This document shows positions 48,620 to 60,600 of a stretch of 64,000 bases of DNA, piece after piece. The translations under genes and the position numbers were made by a program. The notes beneath the pieces were generated by a model that was given only the letters and a program-made list of their open reading frames with translations, ran no database searches and was not told where the DNA came from. The first letter of the stretch is position 1; each line of letters begins with the position of its first letter. Source of the stretch: an uncultured delta proteobacterium (GTDB taxonomy: Bacteria > Bdellovibrionota > FAC87 > UBA2466); contig CAVZSV010000004.1 of the NCBI GenBank assembly GCA_963778115.1, positions 1 to 64,000 on the forward strand, read 5' to 3'.

Positions 48620-51310
48620 CTAATTCTGATACCCCTCGCGCAAGAAATCGCCGGTATCATCTTGTTTTTCGGGAGCGGGCGGGGCTTCCCCGGCCGTTCC
48701 CTGAGAGGCGGGCGCCGGAGATCCCGGACTGCCAACACTTCCCGCCGTCGGATTGGGATTGGCGGCCACGGGGTTGACGTGAGTCGTGCCCGGCTCGCCG
48801 ATGCGAGGTAAATTCGAACTATCACGATTGGGAACCGTACCCACTTTAAAAGCGACTCGAACTCGTCTGGGATCCACGGCGGAGGCCAAATGGCCTGAGT
48901 CCTTATTCACATAAGCAAATACAATGTCATCGGGAATGGGAAAATCGTTCTTGGGATAATACCGGACTGCTGAAGTCATGAACTCGGCCCAAATCGGGGT
49001 GGCGGCCCGTCCGCCGGTCTCACCGACGTCGAGCGGTTTGTCTTTATCGAAACCTACCCAGACGCCGGAAACCAAATACGGAGTGTACCCCACGAACCAC
49101 GCGTCTCTTTGATCGTTGGAAGTTCCAGTCTTTCCGGCGACCGGTGCAGGGACTGCCGAAGCGCCATGTCCTGTCCCTTCTCTGATGACCCCTTTAAGCA
49201 TGTCGGTCATGACGTAAGCCGTCTGAGGAGAGATCACCAATCCCTGCTGCGCCAGATCGGGATTGGAAGAAGGCGGGGGCAAGTCTTTCAGGTCGGGAGC
49301 GTTGCCTGGGTGTTCCGCCGGCAGCTCCTCTAAAACCTGACCTTTTTCGTCCTCTACTTTCTTAATGTAGTTAAGCACCACCGGCTTTCCCAAACGTGGA
49401 AAGATCGCATATGCCCGCATGATCTCTTCAAGGCTACTCGACCAAGAGCCAAGACCTATCGAAAGATCGCGGGGCAACGCGGCTGTGATACCCAAAGTTC
49501 TTGCGTACTGAATGCCGTAGTCGATGGTGATCTCATTTAAAACCTTAACCGTAGGAATATTCATCGAGTGGATCAAAGCCTCTCTCAAAGGAATATCCCC
49601 TTCGAATTTTCCTGAATAGTTTCTGGGGCGCCAGTCCTCTCCCTGACTGTCGGCATCGAGCTTATTTTCGAATTTAAAGACCAAAGGCGAGTCGGTTACT
49701 ACCGAAGAAGGCGAAAACCCCTTATCAATGGCGGCTGCGTAAACGAGCGGCTTGAACGTCGAACCCACTTGTCTTTTGGCGTGGAGCGCTCGATTAAATT
49801 TACTGGTATCAAAATCCCGGCCACCCACCATCGCTCGAACCATTCCGGTTTGAACGTCGTAGGAAAGCATCGCTCCTTGGACTTCGGGTTCCTGTTCCAA
49901 AGTGGCCGTTGCTTGATTGGCCCTGCGATCGATCTTGTCCACCTTAACTTCGATCATGTCGTTCGGATGAAGAACCTGAGAGAGAGCCCGAACCGGCCTC
50001 TCGTCTATCTTCACCCAATCCATCGCGGAAAAAGGAAGGGTTACCGTCGTATGTCCAATCCAAACATGCGCGATACCTCGGGAATCATCCACATCGGCGA
50101 CCACCCCGTTATAAAACTGCCCTTCCGCGACTGGTGTGGCTCCAAAATACGGGCTACCCTTGGCTTGAAACATGGAAAGATCGTAATCGAGCTTTTTCTG
50201 ATTAGCGTCGACATTGGAAGCAAGCACTCTGACTCGAGTTATTTTTTCAATCACCTTTCCGTGGACATCGTCTAAATACTTCGCCAGCTCCTCGGGACTA
50301 CCGATACGAGATTTCACTCCCCGCCAGCCTAGTCTCTTATCGACGGCCCGAAGCCCTCGATCCATGGAGTTTTCCGCATCTTTTTGAAGATCGTAGCGGA
50401 CCGTGGTGTAGACTTTAAATCCTTGGCTTAACACGTTTTCAGAGCCGTATTTGCTCATCAGATATTGTCTTACGTACTCGGTAAAATACGGGGCCGCTCG
50501 GTTATTCAACTCTTCTAACGCATAAAGTTTCAAAGGTTCATTGAGCGCTTCGTTGGCCTGCGCTTCGGTAATAAACTTCTCTTCAGCCATTCGCTTTAAA
50601 ACGTAGCGTTGGCGACGCTTGGCTAAATAAGGATTTCGAAACGGGTCCCACTCATTAGGGCGCTGTGGCAATCCCGCTAAGATCGAAGCTTCGGCTACGG
50701 TTAGCTGTTGAACGTGCTTGTTAAAGTAGTTTCGAGCGGCTGCCTCAATCCCAAAGGCACCGTGCCCCAAATAGATCTCACTTAGATAGAGAGCCAAGAT
50801 TTCGTTTTTGCTAAGCTCCTTCTCCATTCGATACGAAAGGATGATCTCTTTCACTTTGCGGCTTAGCTCTTTTTTCCGGGTCAGAAGAATACTTCGCGCG
50901 ACTTGCTGCGTAATCGTACTGCCACCTTGCGCGTAACGACCTTTTAAGACGTTTGAGATGACGGCACGAGCGATACCAGCAAAATCAACCCCCCCATGCT
51001 CGTAGAACTTGGCGTCCTCGGCGGCTAAAAAGGCTTGGATGACATGTTTGGGAATCGCTTCAAACTGGACGGGATAACGACGCTCCGTCGTGAATTCGCC
51101 AATGAGTTGCCCTTCGTCAGAAAAAACCTGCGTTGCGACTTCGTGATGAAAGTTCTTAAGAGAGGCGACATCCGGCAGGCTTGAAATAAACCGCTCGAAA
51201 AGCAAGAAGACGCCCAGACCAAAGAGGATAAGCCCCACGGTTGCCGCCACCGAAATGGTCTTAAATAAGCTACGCGTCATGGACGCAGGTTTAATGCGGG
51301 ATATTTTCAT
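48620..51310 (-). CDS. mrcA: Class A penicillin-binding protein 1A
   Basis: TM anchor; transglycosylase AAEDAKFYEH, GGSTITQQ; transpeptidase STFK, SMN, KTGT. Confidence 0.95.
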   Translation of the reverse strand: MKISRIKPASMTRSLFKTISVAATVGLILFGLGVFLLFERFISSLPDVASLKNFHHEVATQVFSDEGQLIGEFTTERRYPVQFEAIPKHVIQAFLAAEDAKFYEHGGVDFAGIARAVISNVLKGRYAQGGSTITQQVARSILLTRKKELSRKVKEIILSYRMEKELSKNEILALYLSEIYLGHGAFGIEAAARNYFNKHVQQLTVAEASILAGLPQRPNEWDPFRNPYLAKRRQRYVLKRMAEEKFITEAQANEALNEPLKLYALEELNNRAAPYFTEYVRQYLMSKYGSENVLSQGFKVYTTVRYDLQKDAENSMDRGLRAVDKRLGWRGVKSRIGSPEELAKYLDDVHGKVIEKITRVRVLASNVDANQKKLDYDLSMFQAKGSPYFGATPVAEGQFYNGVVADVDDSRGIAHVWIGHTTVTLPFSAMDWVKIDERPVRALSQVLHPNDMIEVKVDKIDRRANQATATLEQEPEVQGAMLSYDVQTGMVRAMVGGRDFDTSKFNRALHAKRQVGSTFKPLVYAAAIDKGFSPSSVVTDSPLVFKFENKLDADSQGEDWRPRNYSGKFEGDIPLREALIHSMNIPTVKVLNEITIDYGIQYARTLGITAALPRDLSIGLGSWSSSLEEIMRAYAIFPRLGKPVVLNYIKKVEDEKGQVLEELPAEHPGNAPDLKDLPPPSSNPDLAQQGLVISPQTAYVMTDMLKGVIREGTGHGASAVPAPVAGKTGTSNDQRDAWFVGYTPYLVSGVWVGFDKDKPLDVGETGGRAATPIWAEFMTSAVRYYPKNDFPIPDDIVFAYVNKDSGHLASAVDPRRVRVAFKVGTVPNRDSSNLPRIGEPGTTHVNPVAANPNPTAGSVGSPGSPAPASQGTAGEAPPAPEKQDDTGDFLREGYQN

Positions 51311-51398
51311 AAAATCTCGTCACTAAGAAATAAGAGCATACCATAATCGGAGGTTCCAACTTTTTCGATTTTACCGTTAACGTCAATCGAACCTTCTC

Positions 51399-51426
51399 TT
51401 GACCTACGCTACGTCCGGTTTATGCT
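51399..51426 (+). promoter_or_regulatory. Sigma-70-type promoter, possibly for a leaderless transcript
   Basis: TTGACC-16-TATGCT, 7 nt before ATG 51434, no SD. Confidence 0.5.
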
Positions 51427-51433
51427 TTCCCCC

Positions 51434-51637
51434 ATGATGAAAAGAACCCTGACGGCCGAAGAGCTTGCTCCTACTCAACTTACGGTCACTTTAAAAAGCC
51501 ACATCGTAAGAGATCTCAAAGAAATGGAGCGCGTTTCCAAACAAAGCCTTGAAGAGATTGTCACTAAGGCGCTTCAAATGTTTATCGCCACCCACAGCGA
51601 CTACCTCGCCCGACCCAAGCTCACTCAGCAATCGTAA
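51434..51637 (+). CDS. Small ribbon-helix-helix-like protein
   Basis: Strand QLTVTL followed by two helices (SLEEIVTKALQMFI). Confidence 0.65.
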   Translation: MMKRTLTAEELAPTQLTVTLKSHIVRDLKEMERVSKQSLEEIVTKALQMFIATHSDYLARPKLTQQS

Positions 51638-51659
51638 TCGTAGCGTCGTACGTTTCTCG

Positions 51660-54600
51660 TTACTTCACCGGCCCTTGACCTTCCGTTCCTGGTTGCGCCT
51701 CCGGCGGCGGTTTAATGTCCGAGCCCGGAGGTAACCAGAGTTTAGACGGTGCTTCGGGCTGTGCCGTCTTAGGAACTATAATCGCCGAAGGTGCTGCGGT
51801 GCCCTGTGGAGCGGCCGCGGTAAAATCTATGAAAGGAGGAATCTCTTTTCCTCCCTGCAGCTGAATCCTAGAATGCGAGCGCGTAAAGAGCGTTCTAAAC
51901 TTTCCAAATTCGGCTTCCATGGCAGAATCTCTTTGAGCCTGCGCAAATAGGCCTTCTCCCATGGTATTCAACCAGCGTTCTTTCACCTGCAGATCGAACG
52001 CCTCTCTTTGCAACTCGACACTCGAAAGCTCAATATTAACTTTCGTATCTCCGAAGATCTGAATCATATGGTCCGCCGTTTTTCTAGCATTAGTATTTCG
52101 GGGCCCTTTTAAGAGCCTTGCTAGTACCTCTGGCTCTTTTAGCATCTCGGGCTGCACCAACATCTCAAACGGAAGCTGAGATTCGGATGCCAGAATCTCG
52201 CTTTGAATTCCCGAAGCTTTAATCAACTTTCCTTCATGAGCGAATTCCGGCATCGCAAGGACTTGCCGCTCGATCGCTTTCATGGCGCGTGCAATGAGCT
52301 TTTGCTGGGCCACCCATTGGTCGGCAGCCATACTAGCCGCTTTGGCCACTAACTTTTGGTGCGCTTCTGCTATCATCGGATAGAGCTCACCATAGACATA
52401 CTGAGCTTCGGTAATCTGAACTCTAAGAAGCGTTCCCCCACTCGCCTGCGCGACAAACTCTTTCAGGTCTCGGTAAGCCATGTCCTCGGTCATCTCGATT
52501 TGATGAAGCTCGCTTCGGACATAACTTCGGATACCGGCCTGGAGGATAGAGGTCGCTTTTTCACCATCGATGATTCCTTCGCTCTCTAAAGTTTCGATCT
52601 CGTCAAGCAGATGAAGTGTTTTTAGATCTGCTAGCTCTTTGTTCCACTGCTCTTGTTCGGCAAGATCGGTCGGCATGGCTCTTTGGAGCTTAAAGTCCTG
52701 AAGCGCTTTTAGGGAACCATTTTCCGAAGCGATCTCAACGGACTTGGGATCTACAGCACCCGCATCCACAAAACGTTTCACGCGCGGATTTTCCTTAAGC
52801 GAGAGTCTCGCTCTCACGTTACCAGCCGGAGCCGCTTCGGGTGCGGCGGAAGCCGGAGCCGGAGGTGCCGGAGGCTTAGGAACGTCTTTGGGAACCGCTG
52901 CCGTGGGTGGCGGCTCGGGAGGCTTTCCGTTGGGACCTTTGGAGCGAGAAATGGGATCAATCTTTTTGCCCTGGCGAAGGGCTACTATTTCATCCGTCTG
53001 CTCGTCGATGAGCTTATTAACTTGGACGTCCGACCACCCTTGAAAATCTTGCGGATGACTTTTCATTCGAGCCCGCACGTCTTTTTGTACTCGAGCACGA
53101 ACCTCAGTCTCAATTTGTCTCCATTTATTCGACACGGGCTCTTTCGCGGGAAGACCATCTTGGAATCGAATGATGGCATCTGTCGTTTCATCAATATAAC
53201 GATTTAAAGCCTCGCGATTTGCCCCTTGAGTCATTTGCGGGGGAAGACTCTCTTTTTTTGCTTCCACTCGAGCCTTAACCTCTTCTCGGATGCGCTGCCA
53301 ACGTTCGGCTGGCGTCTCGGGAGCCTTTTCACGCTTGGTCAGCGGCGTTTTCCGCCATTGCATCATTTCATCGGCCGTATCGTCGATGAGCCGCTCAATG
53401 TGTTTTTCCGTAGGAAAGGAACGGAAGTTTTCAGGGAAGTTCGTTCTTTGCTCGTAGACATCTTTTGAAATTTTGGCTCTCAATTGTTCTCTTACCGCAT
53501 CTTCCGATTGGCGGGCGGGGGCCTTAACCGTAGGCACTTCATCCTGAAACTGGATGATGAAATTCGTGGTTTCATCGATGTGGCGGTTTAGCTCAAACTC
53601 ACTGCCCCCTTGGACCATCTCGGCCGGAAAACTATCCCGACGCGCTTGCATTCGGGCCTGGACATCTCGTCGAGTGCGCTGCCAGCGTTCATCGGTGGTT
53701 CGGGTCCATTCTATATGCTTACGTATTACGGCCTCGGCCTCATCGACATGTTTCGACATCTGGCGAGCCGGATCCATGCTTTCAGCTAACTCACGGGCCT
53801 GTCCCGTTAACTCGTCTGAAAATTTGATAAAGTAGTTTTGAAGGTTGTTTCTCGTGACCCTGGCATATCGTTCTACCATGGCGCCGTTCATGCCGTTAGC
53901 GACCGCAAGATAATCGATTCCTAAAGCGTCAGTGGCCTCCTTCAGGGTAAGGACAGGCGCCTCAGTGAGTAGCACTGACAATTGACGACTGACCCGCTTT
54001 TCAAGATCCAAAGGAAGCGTTCTTCCCAAAAGAGTCTCTGTAACAATTCCTTTAGCAAAATTATTTCCGAGTAACACCGTACGATTTCCCATCGCGGAAA
54101 CCAGAATTTCAGGAGGAACTGAAAGAACGGCAGACAAATTTTCTAAACTAAGCGGTCCACTTCCCGGCCGACCAACACTCGTAAGCTTTCGAAGCAGCTG
54201 ATACGATTCTTCAAGGAGCCTTTGATCGGTTTGCCCGGCAAAATGACGTTTCTGTAGAGCGTAATATTCTTCGAGATCCGAAGCGCTGAACTCAGCAAGT
54301 TCTTGCATCTCGCCGAAAACAACTCCGTGAGCTTCCGCAAACGTCTGAGGCATCGTCTTTTCCGCATTGAGATAACGTTTCGCTAGAGTGTTAAATTCCT
54401 GCGGATTAATGGGAGTTTTCCCTAGTTCTTTCGCGGGTGTGACAAAGCGGTAGCGAGCGTCCATATCTTCCATGGCACGCGTCAGACGAATCGCCTTTTT
54501 ATGTAACGCTACCTGCTCTTCGCTCAAGGCTCGTCGAAAACGCAACATCCCTAGTCGCCGTTCCAAGTAAGCCGAGGTCAGCCCTTCCGACAAAATGCCT

Positions 54601-57600
54601 TTTAGAGAGTCTGCTTCTGCCGCGGGTAATAGATCGTGATAGAGCAATTGGAGATAGCCATTAGTCGGAAATGCCAGGGCCAATTTTTCGACTTTAAGGC
54701 GTTTTATCTTTTCCGCCGTCAGAGGATCCAGATAAGGCACATGGGCCTTTGCTTCAGCGTCCAAAGCGTCTTGAGTCGGACGCAAAGAGGCTAGAAGTAC
54801 CCGTCCAGGATTTCCCATCTCAGCGGCCAACGCATCAAAATCTTTTCGGGCCAATATATCGATAAACTTTTTAAACTCTGCCGACGAAGTATCTTGGGGC
54901 AACCCACCTAAATTCCACTGACTTTTGATTTCATTAATATCTTGCAAGAGATCTAGCTTTTCGCGTCCTTGAGGAGTCGCTAACTCTTCCACTACCGTCT
55001 TCGAATCGGCTCCCACCTGGCGGGCATCGACTTGGGCCGGGAGATAGCTTTTGAGCTTTGCCGCCATCGGATGAGAATCATCGAACAGGGCTGTGAGTAA
55101 CTCCGCCATGTCTTCATCGGAAGGAACTCTTCCGTTCATCTTGGCAAACGTAACCCGAAGCCGGTAATCCGCGGCCGAGACGACTTCACTGAGCCTACGG
55201 AAAACTAAAAGCTGTCTGCTCCGTTGAAAACCAGAAACCGCGGGAGTGATTTCGTTTAATAGGGTCGAAGGACGGATTAAGGAGTCGCTAGCTGCCCAAC
55301 GAGTAAACTTCGAAGCTCGTAATCCACGGCCAATCTTGGTCACGCCCCAGTTAAAAGCGTCATAAGCCGTTTCGGGAATTCCAACGACTTGAATCGCGGT
55401 CGGCATCATTTGGGCTCCAAACGACTCCCCACTTCCGTGCAGAAATACCAAGTTCTGACTGCTAATAAACGGGGTGCTCGCGTTCACTTGAGCCCGGCAT
55501 TGGAATGCCCGCGCCATCGCTTCGGCCGATCCGCCCTGGGCTTGAAGTGCAGTAATTCGCTTTTCAACTAATCTTTGATACGATTTGGCGAGTTCTGGAT
55601 CCAAAGAAAAGTTTCCAAATACGTCGACGCCGGAACTCAACGCCTCGGTAAAGGCCTTTTCACTTCGAGTCTCTAAAATTTCGTGAAGCTGACTGGCACT
55701 TTTCCACTGACCTCCCACTTCCTTCAATTCCGATTCGGCCATGCCCAATTCTTTTAACTGCTTCACTAATTGACGTTTGGCATACTCTTCGCCGCCAAAC
55801 TTCCTCACCATCGCGGACCAACCGCCTTTGAGCGATTGCCAGGTGGGCGACGCCAATTGCCATGCGGCAAGCGCTAACCAACCTCGCCACATCCACCCCA
55901 GCACACTGCCTCGCTCTTCTTTTAGATCCCTGGCCGCATCGGAAATCATGATTCCCGTTTCGTCTTTCATCAAAGGAAGATAGCCCTCGATATCGGTATC
56001 GCGAATATTGGCTAGCATTTTTAGACGCTCAGGTCCGAAATAAAGAAGCTCTCCGACCTCCATGCTCACTTGGTAGCCAAACAAAAGCGTCAGTGAGAGT
56101 CTTCCGACATGGGAGGCCAGGGCAAGACCAGTGCCGGATCCAATGGGCCCTTTAAGGAAATAGGATCCCACTAGCATCACACCCAAACCCACGGCCACAA
56201 AGGGCTCCAAGTAATCTTCAGTTAGTCTTTGGCCCAGACTTCGCTTCGTCTTTAATTCTTCAAGCAAGTAATAAGCTTGGCGACTCGCTCCTTCCGGCAT
56301 GTAGTCATTTACGAAATCCAAGACGTTATCGAAATAGACTAATTCAGCGCTTTTGATTTCGGCTGAAGCCCTCTCAAACTGTTCGTCTGTTTCGATGTTC
56401 TCGACGTCTAGGGTACACAATTTGTCTAATCGCCCTACGATATTGTCGCCGATTCTTTTGGCCCCTCTTTGGTATTCAAGTAAAAGCACTTCTTCCGTGT
56501 AGTAGTCTCCGATAACCCCTTCCACCGCTTCAAGTCGCTTTCGATTCGCGGGTGTTGCAGATCCTAAAACCGCCCACTCGGCAATGCGATCGGCTTCGTA
56601 AAGAGCGCCTAGGCCGTAAGTTTCCGTCTTTCCTGCCCAGGGCAGCTGGGGCTGGTTGGGATAACCCACCTGATCGGCAAATTTTTGCAACATCCCAGGA
56701 ATTCGTTTTGCCGCATCGGTAGAAAGCGCCCATCCCCCGTCGATGGCGACGCTATTACCACGTTTTTGCAGATAGACCGCCCCCTCGAAAGGATACTTCA
56801 CTCTGAGTTCGTCCACTTGACGCCTAAAATCGATCCACGCTTCGCGTACCTTTACGACGCGCGCGACCTCATCGCCCGAAGTCTTGATACCCAAAAGCTT
56901 GGCACGATCCACGATAGCAGTCGCCCTGGGACCTTTGGCATCGATGAATCGGAATTCGCCGCCAAGAGCATCGCTCCTACCTCTGTTATTCATCCGATCG
57001 CGTTTCAACGGATTATTCTCACGAAGATTCCATTCCCCTACCAATTCGTTTTTAGTCGCTACCATTTGCTGATACAGGGGACGTTCTACGTCATCCCCGT
57101 TGATGCGATAAGAGAGGTAATTTTTGGGGTTTTGAACCCAGTTGAGATATTCTTCGGGACTTTTAAATGCACTAAACGAACGCCGTTCCAAGGGATGCAC
57201 GGGTGTCGGTCTAAATCCATAGGTCGCACCAAAAGTGTTGATCCCCGTGGCACGCGCGGCATACTTGCCGGGAACCCAATTGGGATTTTCGACATAGGTC
57301 CCTCCAACCAACGAGTTCCCCATGCGCCTGTCACCCACGGCAATCAAGAAATCGCGTTTCCCTTGAGCGACAATGCGCCAATCTTCGGCCCGACCCCAAC
57401 TCTTAAGCACCCACTCCCAGCCGTCAAAGCTTTTGAGATTCCACTTGAGGTGGTCGGTGATTTCACGCATCAAGCCAGCGCGATGAACATCTTTTAATGG
57501 TCCTTGATTGATTCCCGTCGAGACATCGGGAATGACACCATAACGATTGGGATTTAGGTTCCAATTGAGAAGTGCCAAGAAATACGGATACGTTCCGGGC

Positions 57601-60600
57601 TCCGAGGTAGTGCGGGCATTTCTATCCGCCTGCTGCATCAAAGTTAAAATCTGACCGTATAGGGGAGATTTCTTAAACTCCTCGATGGAATCAAAAGCGT
57701 CCCACAGATGCCATTCGTTGTCCTTAAACCGTTTGGCGGTTTTTTCCGTAAAAGCCGACTTCACGTCCGAGTCAGACGACAGATCACTAAGCCAATTTTG
57801 AAATAGGAAGCTCTCTTCGGTCTGTTCTCCGCTCGGAGCCCACTTCCAAGTAAAGGCTTTCGATTGCTCATTTTTGAAATAGGGCACTTCCGCTTTGCCA
57901 TTCTTCTCACGCCAGTATTGGCCCCATCCATTGACGGAGACACCTGCGTATTCTGTTTTTGGCTGGCCATCTTTGGTCCTGGCCTCCTCGGTGTCATCGG
58001 AAAAATGCTTCTGCCAGAACTCTAGCAGTCGAGCGTCCGAATCGTGTTGATAACTATTGGACTCGAAGGCAAGTTCCTTTTTAAAAGGTTCAGGAGTAAA
58101 CGCGTCTGCGTCTTTTACTCCCTTTTCTTCGGCCTTTTCTTTTTCTTTTCGCTCTTTTTCTTTCTCCTCAAAGGTCTTAAGGCTGTTCTTCTTTGCTTCA
58201 AGACTGGTGACACGCTGTTCGTGGGCGGAACGTAAGCGATTCTCCTCGGCAAAAAACAGTTCTCGAATATCTTCTATGATCTGATAGCGCTCGATATTGG
58301 AATAAGAGGTGAACTCTACTAGTCCTGTCCGCAGCCGATTGTTTTGCGTTTCCGTTTTTGGCACGAACAACCGATGATGCTCGAGACGATAGTGGGTATG
58401 GGGGCCGACAAAATCAGTAAAAATTCCTGTCGTAAGAGCATCGAAGAGAACGGTCGATGTGCCACTAAAGTTAGGGTCCTTTTTTAACTTATCCCAAAGT
58501 GCCAGCTTCTCTCTCACTCCCGTCACCCATTTTTGGTAGGTCAGACTCGAATCGGTCAAAGGCTGAAACAGAATCTGAGTATCCGACAAAGGCGGGGGCG
58601 GGGCGATGCCGACAACCGCAGTACTTGGAGCGGGAGGAGCGGGAGGTGCTAAAGAAGCTGCTTGTCCGTTAGCGACGGCCGTACTTGCCGCAGGGTTAAG
58701 TCTGTTAGCGGTGGGTGGTTTAGTGACTACGGGTTTTGTGCCGCCTACCACCGGAGCGAGAGCAGGCGTCGGTTTTGCAGGATTTGCAGTCGCTGGCTTA
58801 GCACCCGGAGGTACGGGCTGAGCCGTTCTTGGTGTCGAAGCCGCTTGCCCCTGAACCACGGGGGATACTCCTTGCGGCCCCACTTCTGGGAATCCAGAGA
58901 ATTCAAAACCGTCGTCCGCGTTCCCTTCCCTAGAGACCATCTCATGCTTCCAGGCTTTGAAGCTTGGCTCGGCGAGCAAAAGCCCAGAGAGATAACCACG
59001 AACTTTGGTGTAAAGCGATTCTCGTTCCCTGGGAGTCAAATGGCTTACGACGGTCAGACGGTCTTTAACGTCTTCCGAAGTCAATTTAGCCGGAAGATTC
59101 GCCTCTTCACCGACAATCTTTTTTATCATCTCGGGAGTCAGCGCATTAAGTCCAAAGAAGGCGATAAGGGCTTCATTCTGCGCTTCCGTCGCATCTGTTT
59201 TGCGTCGCTCAACTGCCGCTTTAGCATCCGGATATTCGTCGGTAGGACCATGCCGAAACCAAGCTTGCTTTTCCATTTTTCCGGCGTCGGATACCAATGC
59301 GATGGGTCCAAAGGTATTTGACGGCCCTTGGAATAGGGCTGTCGCCGGCTCGACAATCTCTTCCCAATAAGCCAAAGCGGTGGTGGGAAGTATGCGATGC
59401 TCCTTCGCCCATTCGGTATCCATCTGAGTTTTGAAAACAGTAGCGCGTTTTTCCAATGTTTCGCAGGCTTCCTTAATAGAAGGAAAGGCTAAGGGGCTTG
59501 CGTCGAAAATAACTCCCGTGTTCATCACCTGCCCCAAAAGATTTAGAGCAACGGGGAGAAAAGAGGTTTTCTTTTCGACCTCGCTGCGGCCCTCCCTTAA
59601 GTTCCATATCTGTTTCAAGCGATGAATCGAAAACTGCGCTTCGTTGCCTAACTCTTTTAAATTTCCCGGGTTCGTCCACAGATTTTGCACTAAGGCGAAA
59701 CTTCGGGGAGTTGAAAGCAGCTTGGCGTCGGTTAATAAACTCTGTTGATAGTTTCGCGCAAAGGCATCCGCCATGCGTGGTTCATTACCGGCTTTACAAT
59801 AGGCGACTAGATCTTCCATGTACTCACTGGCAACACCTGGCTGAATGCTGGCTGTTCCCTTGGCCACTTTTGCAATTTCATTAAGGTCTTCCAAAACCCG
59901 TGCAGGCGTGATGGTCTGAACACGCGCGATGGCAACCGGAGCTTTGGCTGAGATCGTAAGCGGCTTTCCAAAGAGATCCTCTGAGGTATTGAGAAACTGA
60001 TCTTTAAAGAAAGCGTCCCAGAATTCGGGTTTCAGCTGCTCTGCTAAGACCACTCGCGCCGTCTGGGCTTCGGGCAATTTCGGAAGGTAATTAGAGAGAA
60101 TGCGATTGAGATCGGTCGCAGCTTTTAGATCTAATCTCGCCCGATCCCTCAATTCCGTTGCTCTATCAATCTCCTCTTTCTTATTTTTTCTGATCTCTTC
60201 ATTATTGAACTTATCGCTGGCATCGTAACCAATGAGTTTCGCCACAGTGTTATCAAAGACAAAACGACGGCCGCGCTCAATATAGCCGAAGAGACTCACC
60301 TCTTCGCGATCGAGCTGCCACAACTCTTGCTGAACTCTTTCAATCGTCTTTTCCGCTTCTTCGATCTGAGTCGCGGGATCTTTTTTGGGAGCTTCTGCTT
60401 GCACCATGAGGTCCAAAACATTCTCGCGAAACGTTTCAAAAGAGGGAAATAAGACTTCACGCATCGATTTTACGAAATCGTCTTTCGCCCAGGTGACGGT
60501 GCCCGTATTAACACTTCGGCCCAAGATAAAAACCGGCAGCCGCGAAAACAAAAACCTGGCATGAGGGTAAAGAGTTTTCAATGTCTCGGCATTCTTAGCT

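Noticed and set aside
51434..51637. RHH protein as antitoxin or immunity partner of the giant protein
   Set aside because: Convergent orientation with its own promoter; no adjacent toxin-family gene
56685..59321. 270-aa and 219-aa plus-strand ORFs antisense to the giant gene
   Set aside because: Typical antisense shadow frames with no recognisable protein features
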